From: a virus
Direction: 5' to 3' (one strand)
DNA length: 64,000 nt
IMG/VR virus record: IMGVR_UViG_3300037882_003357
Coordinates: 6,255-70,254 of that record
The notes below the pieces were generated by a model. The model had not been told where the DNA came from. It was given only the letters and a program-made list of their open reading frames with translations, and did no database searches. Below are positions 45,940-53,900 of the stretch, one piece after another. The translations under genes and the position numbers were made by a program. Position 1 is the stretch's first letter, and every line of letters begins with the position of its first letter.

Positions 45940-46675
45940 TGATGAAGACATTCCAGTACTGCCTGAATGGGGAGTGGAGCAAGCAATTGAGCGCACTCTA
46001 GCTCTTGCTTGTGAGCTGGAGATTCCTGTGGGTGGCTGGTTAGGAGAAGCGAGCAGAAAAGAAAAGACTTTCTTTGATGAGAATCCTCTCGTTAAGCGCT
46101 TATGCCTCACCAACATCTCTGACGAAACCTTCCACGACCAAGGTGTGCAAGACGCAGCCAGAGTTTACCAAATAGGTCAGGAAGCAAAGCAAGAAGCAAT
46201 GCTCATCAAAGATGAGTGGTTCCACACTTGTAAAGCACATCCATTACAGAAAGCAGCATGGGCAGAGGTGGCAGTGTTCCTCATCTCCCTGGCTATCTTA
46301 CGTCTTGCTGGTGGAAGTGAACTAGCCGCCATGAGTGAGCAGATTAGCATGGATGAATCGCGGCATGTGGCAACCAATCGTGGTTTGCTACGAGACTTAG
46401 AGCTAGGGAATACTGCACCGCCACATGCTATTCAAAGGATTATAGACGACACTCTAGATTGGGTAACTCAAGGACTTTGCATTCCTGCTGATGAACTCTG
46501 CACGGACTTTGATTTCAATGCTGAGTTTCTTAAGGAAAGTAGCGAAGAGCTTGTGTGGAAAGGTAAAGCAGAAAGGCTAAACGACTTGCTCAGTTACCAA
46601 TCGCACGTGCTTCCATTTGAGGTCAGCAATATAAAGAATTATACGCGATTCTCTGAGGAGCTTGTGGTAGCTTAA
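45836..46675 (+). CDS. ferritin-like RNR small subunit (class O-slash type)
   Basis: LE.PVG, DETFH, AE..VF and DESRH di-metal ligands; no Tyr four residues after the first ExxH. Confidence 0.85.
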   Translation: MTSYATLLQKRSTQDGKPTFWKPQPMNLTPLTLFNDEDIPVLPEWGVEQAIERTLALACELEIPVGGWLGEASRKEKTFFDENPLVKRLCLTNISDETFHDQGVQDAARVYQIGQEAKQEAMLIKDEWFHTCKAHPLQKAAWAEVAVFLISLAILRLAGGSELAAMSEQISMDESRHVATNRGLLRDLELGNTAPPHAIQRIIDDTLDWVTQGLCIPADELCTDFDFNAEFLKESSEELVWKGKAERLNDLLSYQSHVLPFEVSNIKNYTRFSEELVVA

Positions 46676-46685
46676 GGCTTTCTGC

Positions 46686-46714
46686 TTGACTTATTTCTTT
46701 TCCTCGTCTAGACT
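46686..46714 (+). promoter_or_regulatory. sigma70-type (early) promoter
   Basis: TTGACT-N17-TAGACT followed by AAAG, like the promoter at 43-72. Confidence 0.6.
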
Positions 46715-46741
46715 AAAGAAAGTTTAGACGAGGAATTTTGT

Positions 46742-46942
46742 ATGAAAGACAACACTCTCAGCACCACAGCCAAGCAACTGCTTTGGACATTCATTGTAGG
46801 CTGCGGCAACGCTGGCTTAATTTTTTGGCTACAGCCTGTGGGATACTGGCAAATTGTGGCAACATTACAAATCATTCCTTGGTCTGTGTTTGCATTTATG
46901 ATTGTCATAGTTGGCTTAGCGTTTCTGGCGAGTGGTAAATAA
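46742..46942 (+). CDS. small membrane protein
   Basis: 66 aa, two hydrophobic segments, GAGGA RBS. Confidence 0.65.
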   Translation: MKDNTLSTTAKQLLWTFIVGCGNAGLIFWLQPVGYWQIVATLQIIPWSVFAFMIVIVGLAFLASGK

Positions 46943-47205
46943 TGAAATGTTCTGAAGAAGCTCCCCGCAGCACAGCGAGGAAAGCGTATGGAATACAGAC
47001 GCAGGAGATGCGTATCTACATCTTCCCTTGCAAAGCAGACCGAGAGGCTTGGTTGCAAGAAGATTCTGACAACCGCTCACATTTAGGAAGCAACACCTTC
47101 GTTTCTGACATGAGACTTCATGCGATTCATCATGGAACTGCGGCAGCTAATGAAGCGTTTGTTAGTCCAAAGAGTCCATTACAATTTCAAGGAGGACTTG
47201 GATGA
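46942..47205 (+). CDS. hypothetical protein
   Basis: 87 aa, TAATG coupling. Confidence 0.6.
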   Translation: MKCSEEAPRSTARKAYGIQTQEMRIYIFPCKADREAWLQEDSDNRSHLGSNTFVSDMRLHAIHHGTAAANEAFVSPKSPLQFQGGLG

Positions 47206-47351
47206 GATATTTTTTACGTGCCAAAAGCTTTAGTAGTAAGCCTTTGAAGGTAGAAGCTTCTTCAAAAGAACACGCTGAAATACTTATGGGATTACTAGAC
47301 GGTGTTGGCTACTACGATTTCTCCATTGAGGAGCAGAAAGAAAATGAATAA
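47202..47351 (+). CDS. small hypothetical protein (not in ORF track)
   Basis: 49 aa, MRYFLRAKSF...; GGAGG RBS, overlaps both neighbours. Confidence 0.55.
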   Translation: MRYFLRAKSFSSKPLKVEASSKEHAEILMGLLDGVGYYDFSIEEQKENE

Positions 47352-48090
47352 GCCACTATCAGCAAAAGAACTTCTTGAGCTAGACCCGTATTTTCGAGTG
47401 CAGAAACTAGCTGCAATGGACAGTCCTCAGAAGGTGTGCTGGCTTGCCATGCACCAGGACTACAGCGAGAACTTTGTTCTAGATGAACTGCATCACCTAA
47501 ATAAGCCAGAAGCTACTTACGGTGAAAGCTTAGTACGAAACTGTTTAGAAAAAGGACATTATGGAATACTGGAACATCCACAACTTGTCATTGCCACCGC
47601 TGGATTCCCTCACAGTGTTATGCAGCAGCTTCGTACACACAGACACCTGAGCTTCGATTGCCAAAGCAGTAGGTACAGTGGTAAAAGATTTGCAGATGAC
47701 TCTAGAGAAATTGAGGAACTTATCTACCTACGTCCAGTGAATCAGGTCTACAGCGACCGACAAGGCTCTCCTTATACTTATACTCCTGAAATGCGACAAA
47801 GGCACCTTGCTAAGGCAATGAGAAGCCGCTGGGAGTATGTAGAGGACTTGAAGGAAGGTCTTGCTGAAGAACATGCAAGAGGGAACAACTTCTTCGATAT
47901 TCGGCAGAATTTTGTTGTAAGCGGCAACCTTCGTTCCTGGCTGCATATTCTTCAATTAAGAAATAAGCGGGACGTTCAACTTGAATGCCAAGCTTTCTGT
48001 GAAGGACTTCTACCAATTCTTAAAGATTGGACACCAGAAGTACTTGACTATTGGGAAACAAAAGGAACGAGGCTAAAGCTAACACCGTGA
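47344..48090 (+). CDS. thyX: flavin-dependent thymidylate synthase
   Basis: GHYGILEH, QLRTHRHLSFDCQSSRY, EEHARG, NLRSWLH.L.LR...VQLEC. Confidence 0.92.
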   Translation: MNKPLSAKELLELDPYFRVQKLAAMDSPQKVCWLAMHQDYSENFVLDELHHLNKPEATYGESLVRNCLEKGHYGILEHPQLVIATAGFPHSVMQQLRTHRHLSFDCQSSRYSGKRFADDSREIEELIYLRPVNQVYSDRQGSPYTYTPEMRQRHLAKAMRSRWEYVEDLKEGLAEEHARGNNFFDIRQNFVVSGNLRSWLHILQLRNKRDVQLECQAFCEGLLPILKDWTPEVLDYWETKGTRLKLTP

Positions 48091-48323
48091 AAATTAAGTC
48101 TTACCATGTTCATTCATTTGACTTTGAAGGAGATGAGTACATTGCTCGGTTTGACTGGAAGACACAAGAATGTTACATTTATAAGTTTTTTCAATCATCT
48201 TATGAACAAATAGCTGTCTCAGATGACTTGCAAGAATTTAAGGACTGTGCTATTCTAAAAAAACACTTAGATGATTGGTGCAAAGATAAAATCATCAAAT
48301 TAAAAACATTAGAGGCTAAATAG
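48087..48323 (+). CDS. hypothetical protein
   Basis: GTG start overlapping the thyX stop. Confidence 0.6.
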   Translation: MKIKSYHVHSFDFEGDEYIARFDWKTQECYIYKFFQSSYEQIAVSDDLQEFKDCAILKKHLDDWCKDKIIKLKTLEAK

Positions 48324-48326
48324 TTT

Positions 48327-48659
48327 ATGGCAAACGTGCAAGAAGATATCTGGACTCCTGGTGAAGAAGTAGCTGAATTACCTATTTCTTACGAAACTTC
48401 AGCAGGTTATGCAGAGGCAGAAGACTACCCACTTTCTCAAGAAGTGCTAGACTTCTTTGAAGGTACCTACGACAACTTGGACAATCTGATGTCTATTGAC
48501 GGACACCTTCTAGCTTTCCTTGGAGTGACGTATCACGACCCGTTGGTGTGGCTCATTGGAGCAGCAACAATTCTGCTTCGTTCCACTCTTGGGCGTGAGA
48601 CAATCTCTCTAGGGATTGCTAAGTTTCAATCCCTAACTAAAGGAGGTAAAGTAGCGTAA
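48327..48659 (+). CDS. hypothetical protein
   Basis: 110 aa ORF. Confidence 0.65.
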   Translation: MANVQEDIWTPGEEVAELPISYETSAGYAEAEDYPLSQEVLDFFEGTYDNLDNLMSIDGHLLAFLGVTYHDPLVWLIGAATILLRSTLGRETISLGIAKFQSLTKGGKVA

Positions 48660-48886
48660 TGGAAATCTTTAGCTTGTGGACAGTAGAACTCAGAAATAAC
48701 AAAGCATCTCTCAAACGCTTTGTTAAATTTGTAGAAACACATGCTCTACAAGCTGCACCTTACGGACAGGACGATTCAACCCAAGCTTACAACGTACTTC
48801 TAACTAATTCGCTTGCTGAGCGAATGGAAGAAGAAGTCAACCCGTTTGAGATGAATCCTTTTGAAGAAATAGGAGGTGCTACCTAA
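48659..48886 (+). CDS. hypothetical protein
   Basis: 75 aa, GGAGG RBS, TAATG coupling. Confidence 0.65.
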   Translation: MEIFSLWTVELRNNKASLKRFVKFVETHALQAAPYGQDDSTQAYNVLLTNSLAERMEEEVNPFEMNPFEEIGGAT

Positions 48887-48923
48887 CTTTTACGCGACAC
48901 ATTATCTCCTTCTTTTTGACCCT

Positions 48924-48953
48924 GGACTCCTTATTTATTAAGGAGTCTTTTTT
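48924..48953 (+). terminator. Rho-independent terminator
   Basis: GGACTCCTTA / TAAGGAGTCT stem followed by a T run. Confidence 0.65.
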
Positions 48954-49350
48954 GTTCTTGTTGAGCAATATCTAGCCTATCACTCAATCCATCTAGTTGA
49001 TATTTGTAAATTTCCATGTGCTTCTGAGCGTCGTAACTTGTTTTTAGTGCAGTGTCTATTTTAACTGAGTTGTTTGTCACACTTGCAGCCACTGCTGAGA
49101 ACCCAATAGGAATCAGCACCGTGAGAACAACTAAAAGAACTCCCATAAACTTGTTATAAGTCTCTGCAACGCTCTGCATTTTTCCTAGATGCAAGTTTAG
49201 GTTTTGCACTTGCTGACGTGTTTCGTCCAGAACTCCCTCAAGTTTCCCAATATTGTTGTGAACACCTGAGAGTTTCGTGACCTCTAATTCAATTGCGTCA
49301 ATCTTCTCTTCCATCTTGCTCAGTGCGTCTGGATTGCCGTACATACTCAT
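48931..49350 (-). CDS. single-TM coiled-coil protein, holin-like candidate
   Basis: Coiled coil, TM segment GVLLVVLTVLIPIGFSAVAASV, coiled coil; late motif upstream. Confidence 0.5.
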   Translation of the reverse strand: MSMYGNPDALSKMEEKIDAIELEVTKLSGVHNNIGKLEGVLDETRQQVQNLNLHLGKMQSVAETYNKFMGVLLVVLTVLIPIGFSAVAASVTNNSVKIDTALKTSYDAQKHMEIYKYQLDGLSDRLDIAQQEQKRLLNK

Positions 49351-49403
49351 TATCTTGTGTGCCTATCTAAGCTTCGTTGACGCTTCAAATATCCCCCAGC
49401 CAA

Positions 49404-49414
49404 CTTCATTATCG
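49404..49414 (-). promoter_or_regulatory. putative late promoter motif CGATAATGAAG
   Basis: Minus-strand copy upstream of the holin-like gene. Confidence 0.55.
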
Positions 49415-49503
49415 CCAGAAACACGGCAATTTGGTTAAATATTATTTCTAGAAAGGAAAACTGAAGATACTTAGATAAGTAGCCTCTAGTTTTGAGCGGA
49501 GCT

Positions 49504-49514
49504 AGATAATGAAG
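49504..49514 (+). promoter_or_regulatory. putative late promoter motif AGATAATGAAG
   Basis: Upstream of the tail chaperone cluster. Confidence 0.6.
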
Positions 49515-49539
49515 AAGAACTTACAAAGAGCTTAGAGAA

Positions 49540-49815
49540 TTGATTTTAGTGAATCGCAGTCAGACAGCGCTTTTTGCTGGCATTGCTCTTTACGGAGAAA
49601 GCCAGGAAGGGGTGCTTAAGGCTGAGATAGGCTTCATCTTCCCCTCGGCTCCTGCACGATTAGAGCTTTATCTGTGGCCTATGAAGCATGATTCCAGACC
49701 TTTTGGAGTCTACCAGCTTAAAGAACGCCCAAAGCTCATGACAACCTTGATAAACACCCTTCTATTTCAATTTCAAGAGGCACAAAATGACAGTATCAAC
49801 GAAAGCAGCGCTTAG
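49540..49815 (+). CDS. hypothetical protein, probably late
   Basis: 91 aa, TTG start, late motif upstream. Confidence 0.5.
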   Translation: MILVNRSQTALFAGIALYGESQEGVLKAEIGFIFPSAPARLELYLWPMKHDSRPFGVYQLKERPKLMTTLINTLLFQFQEAQNDSINESSA

Positions 49816-50446
49816 TGCGCGTGACCAGCTCATCAGCATGGCAAAGGAAGAATTTGGCATCTCTTACGGCCTGAATTTCAAACTTCCAGAAGAAGTTCCT
49901 TACACTCGTAAGAACATTGGCACCGAAAAGGTGAAAGTATTTGAAGAAACTCCAGCAGGTGAGCTAATCCTGCGCAATCTAGCCATTCGTGGCAACGAGC
50001 GCCTACAAGAGAAGCAAACTTCCTTTATGTTTGAGAATGCAGCAGAGTTGTTCTCAGCATTCCCTGAAGAGTTTCCTTCCTTTGAAGAAGCGTATGCAAG
50101 TTTAAGCGCTATTCCTGATGCCGCTATGAAGAACCCTAAGCTGATGCTGCGCTATCGTGATATTCGCCGTCAAGCAGATAAGAACATTAGCGAGTATGTC
50201 GAGAACATGCGCTTGCTAAGTGACCTCATTTTCTGTTTCTTTCTGTCTCTTCACACAGATGAAGAATGGGAACTGGAGAAGCTTTATTCGTTAGGAGAGA
50301 AAACCAAGAGCGAGCTTACAGAGTTCATGGCTGAACAAATTGGTCTCAAGACTCTTGCAGAACCTTCTGAGGAAGGAGATGCAGAACCAGAAGCTGAAGA
50401 AACTGCTGAGGGAAAGGAAAAGAAACCAGCCAAGGTGACTGGCTAG
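49787..50446 (+). CDS. tail assembly chaperone (gpG-like)
   Basis: Upstream of the tape measure gene; contains the GGGAAAG slippery site near its 3' end. Confidence 0.75.
   Translation: MTVSTKAALSARDQLISMAKEEFGISYGLNFKLPEEVPYTRKNIGTEKVKVFEETPAGELILRNLAIRGNERLQEKQTSFMFENAAELFSAFPEEFPSFEEAYASLSAIPDAAMKNPKLMLRYRDIRRQADKNISEYVENMRLLSDLIFCFFLSLHTDEEWELEKLYSLGEKTKSELTEFMAEQIGLKTLAEPSEEGDAEPEAEETAEGKEKKPAKVTG
50410..50416 (+). other. programmed -1 ribosomal frameshift site
   Basis: G GGA AAG in the correct frame, identical to the lambda G/GT site; the -1 frame is open to 50814. Confidence 0.8.
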
Positions 50447-50814
50447 AAAGCCTTCTCACTTCCGCTAAAGAGGTGCAAGCTGAACTAGACTTTAGAAATT
50501 TCTTTGGGTATCCAGTAAGCTTTATTGTTAAGGAAATACGTCATGCCCAAAGAAAAGTTAATTACTTGAATTGGGGAGGAGCACAGCAATCATTTCTTTT
50601 CTACACCGCAAATCAAGACCCTGAGAAACCAGGAAAGAAACTAAGTCCTATTGATTTTCTTCCTTTTCCTGATGCTATGGCAGACGAAGGAAACAAGGTA
50701 GTCAACAAATTAAGTAGTAAGACTAAAGCTGAACTGGACAGAATCATTCATTCTCCAGGAACGCTGAACCCTCAAATGCATCTACAGATTTATTCTGTGC
50801 TTTACGATAGTTAG
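50410..50814 (+). CDS. -1 frameshift extension of the tail assembly chaperone (gpGT-like)
   Basis: Frame reads GKGKETSQGDWLESLLTSAKEVQAELDFRNFF... into track ORF 50473..50814. Confidence 0.7.
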   Translation, partial: GKGKETSQGDWLESLLTSAKEVQAELDFRNFFGYPVSFIVKEIRHAQRKVNYLNWGGAQQSFLFYTANQDPEKPGKKLSPIDFLPFPDAMADEGNKVVNKLSSKTKAELDRIIHSPGTLNPQMHLQIYSVLYDS

Positions 50815-50879
50815 GAGAGTCTTCAAGAGTGGCAAAACGCAGTCCTCGCCAGAGGCTGCGGGCTGCTCTATTTGTTTAG

Positions 50880-50890
50880 AGAAAATGTAG
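50880..50890 (+). promoter_or_regulatory. variant late promoter motif AGAAAATGTAG
   Basis: One mismatch to consensus, 43 nt upstream of the tape measure start. Confidence 0.4.
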
Positions 50891-50932
50891 TTAAAAAGCT
50901 TCAAAAATAGTGAGAACTTAGGGAAGAAGACA

Positions 50933-53900
50933 TTGAGCATTAAAGAGACTGTTGAATTAAAAGTTATTGTCACTCCTGAGTTCTCTAGACTGACTAATCT
51001 TGAGCAGAAACTTTCTGCTGGGATGAAAACTCAATTAGACCTCGATGTTACTAAAGCCACTCAAAAGTGGGAAACTCTTAGAACAAATCTTTCTAGAGGA
51101 ATCTCCCCTAAGATTGATGTTAGCAGCTTACACAATTTCAACAGTGTCATTGACCTCAAACTACGTCATTGGGGAGTTCTTAAAGCTGAGTTAGAGCGGG
51201 GAATTGTCCCTAAGATTGATGTATCTAAGCTTTCTTCCACCCCCATAACTATTCCAGTAAAGATTGATTCTTCAAGTCTTCAGCGTGAATTGCGTCAGCT
51301 AAAACAAGCTGCAATTCTAGATGTGAAGATTAAGCAAGATGTGAATGTTCATCTAAGAGGTGAAACATCTAATGCGCTTTACCACGCGATGCGTAAAGCA
51401 TTGGAAAGTCAGAAAGCAAATCCTTTAGAAAAACTCATTGGACTTGCAGTAAGTCCTTTCAAGGCAGCAGCAGATGAGTTCTCTCGTAGCGCTTCACGAC
51501 AGTTCTATCGTGGCACAGGCTTTGGTGAAGGAGCGCAAAGTGCTGGACGAACTGTGGGTGATGTCACTGGAATGGTGGCTAAAAGCTATGGTGATGCGAT
51601 TGCTAAGAAATTATTCGACCTACGCGATTTTGATGCACTTATTGGAAAACTAAACACTGCTGCATACTCTTTTGGAAAAGCAGCAAGCTTTGAAAATGTC
51701 GCTCCTAAATTTAACAAGGCACAAGAAGATTCTGCAAAGTACTTCAAAGAAATTCTAAACGGTAATGGAGTGATGGAAGCTGCTGGAATGGCAGCAGAAG
51801 ACCTCGGTGACTCTTTAACTAAGCTCTACCAGAAACTCAAGTTAGCAGCAGACCCTAAAGAAACTCTCACAGTTATCACTCAAAGCAAAACAGATGGAAC
51901 AAAGCTGCCCAACTTTGCGTTAGATGAGCTTAATAAAATCCTTGTTGCGAACCAAGAGAAAGAGATTCAACGTGGTGCCGACGACTACAAGAAACGTGTA
52001 CAGACGGCTGTAAGAAAGTACGACAAAGAACTTGCAATAGCCATTGCTCAGCCTCTAGCGGATGTGATGCAAAACAGTTTAACCACTGCTGCAATTCGTC
52101 TCACACAGACGGCTCTACGTCCCGTCAGACTTGCGGGGATGCAAGTTGCTTATGACGATGCAATTGCAAACCTAAAATCGCTCACAGCGTTCATGGACGA
52201 CGCTGAGAAGGAATTGTCAGAGCAGGGACTAAAGACCATCTTTGCTTCTGGATTCAGTGATGGTGAGCAAGGCTGGCAGAAGCTTATTGCCGCCATAATT
52301 CCTAGCAGCCAAATCATCACTCCTAAACCTAATGCTCTTTATGGTGAAGGTCAAGGAGTCCAAGGACAGCGACCCACTGACGTAATCTCTGGAGTGCTGT
52401 CTAAAATCTTTGGTACCACAGGGAAAGATGCTTTCTCTAGTGATAACGTTGCAACTGAGCGTATCAGCAATGCATTATTTGGTTACAACAAAACACTTGT
52501 TACTTACCTTGCAGTGTTTGCTCGTCTGTTAGAACTGCAAGAGGGTGATGCCAGCAACATTCAGGGGGTAGGCTACTCCATTGGTAGTGAGTCTATGCGT
52601 CAGCTTTCTGAAGCTCTTCGTGCTTTAGGACTTCCTGAAATTCAAACTGCTGGTTTAGGATACTCTAGCTTAGGAACAACTGCAACTCCTCAAGGTAATT
52701 TAGGCAACAACCGCACAATTCTTCAAAACACAGATGCTTTTGGTGAGAATCTTTATCGCCTGAGCATGTTTGTGGACAAGAGCTTGCGGCAACTCTCATC
52801 TGAAAGCATTGTTCAAGGCGCAGGAAAGTTCGGCATTAAGTCACATGAACTTGAGTCTTACGCTGCTAATCCCAAAGTACTAGAAGAACTAGGAAAGCAT
52901 CTTCAAGGTGTGCTTCCTGCTGGTGTTGTGCAAGGCATGACGGAACCGCAGTTGAAAAGCACTTTCATGCATTTGATAAGTAGTGTTACTGCTCCTGAAA
53001 CATCAATTGCAAGAGCACTTGGTAACAAGAATAGTAAGATTCCTTTGCCCTTAGGAGATAAAGAAGAGCAGCAGGAATTTAGAAAAACAGAAGCTTATGA
53101 CCTTCCAGGCTTACTGGAACAGCTTAATGCGCTATATGAGCTACTTAAAGACAAGAATGCAGAGTTCCTTCCAGTAGCTAAAGACCGTAGAGGCCGCAAG
53201 GCTAAGGAACAACCAGACACCTCTGACCTTAGAGGACTCGCTAAAGAGATGAATAAGGCAGACTATCAGGAAATGCTGAAGTCTGCCACTCCTGCTCTTG
53301 CTCAAGCAGGGTACGCGCCTGAAGATGGTTCCATCAATGGTGTTCTCAATTCAATTGATGCTTTAGCAGAAAGCTTCAATCTGCTAGATACTGCGTTTGA
53401 AAAGCTTGACGCACAAGGACAGCTTTCAGAAGCTGATTTAGCAGAACTTATCAGTGAGTTTGCTAAGCTTGATTTAGCTACTGAAAATTTATACCCTGCA
53501 ATTCGCCAAATCAATTCCATTTTAGGCGACTTAGAAGTTGGCTGGCTTGATGCTGCCACTGCGATGAAGCAGCTTCAGAAGTTCATGACTTTTGAGGAAG
53601 TTAAGTTTGCTGACACTCAAGGACGTGGTGAAGGCTCTCTGCGCACTCAGACAATGACTGAGGCCAGCATTAACAAACTTGTCTATGCTTTAGATAAGAA
53701 TGGTCAAGGAGTGCTCCGTTCTGTTGAGCGAGTAGGAACTAAGAGCGGAAACTTTAATTCTGCCGTACGAGAAGCCGGAGGAGTCTCTCAAGCTGTTGAC
53801 GATGGTAGCCGTCAGCTTGAACTTAGCTTTCCAGCAAAGAGCAGTCAAAAACTTGCAACGTTAAGAGAAAAGATTGCTCAACGCTTTAATCTTTCTCTTG

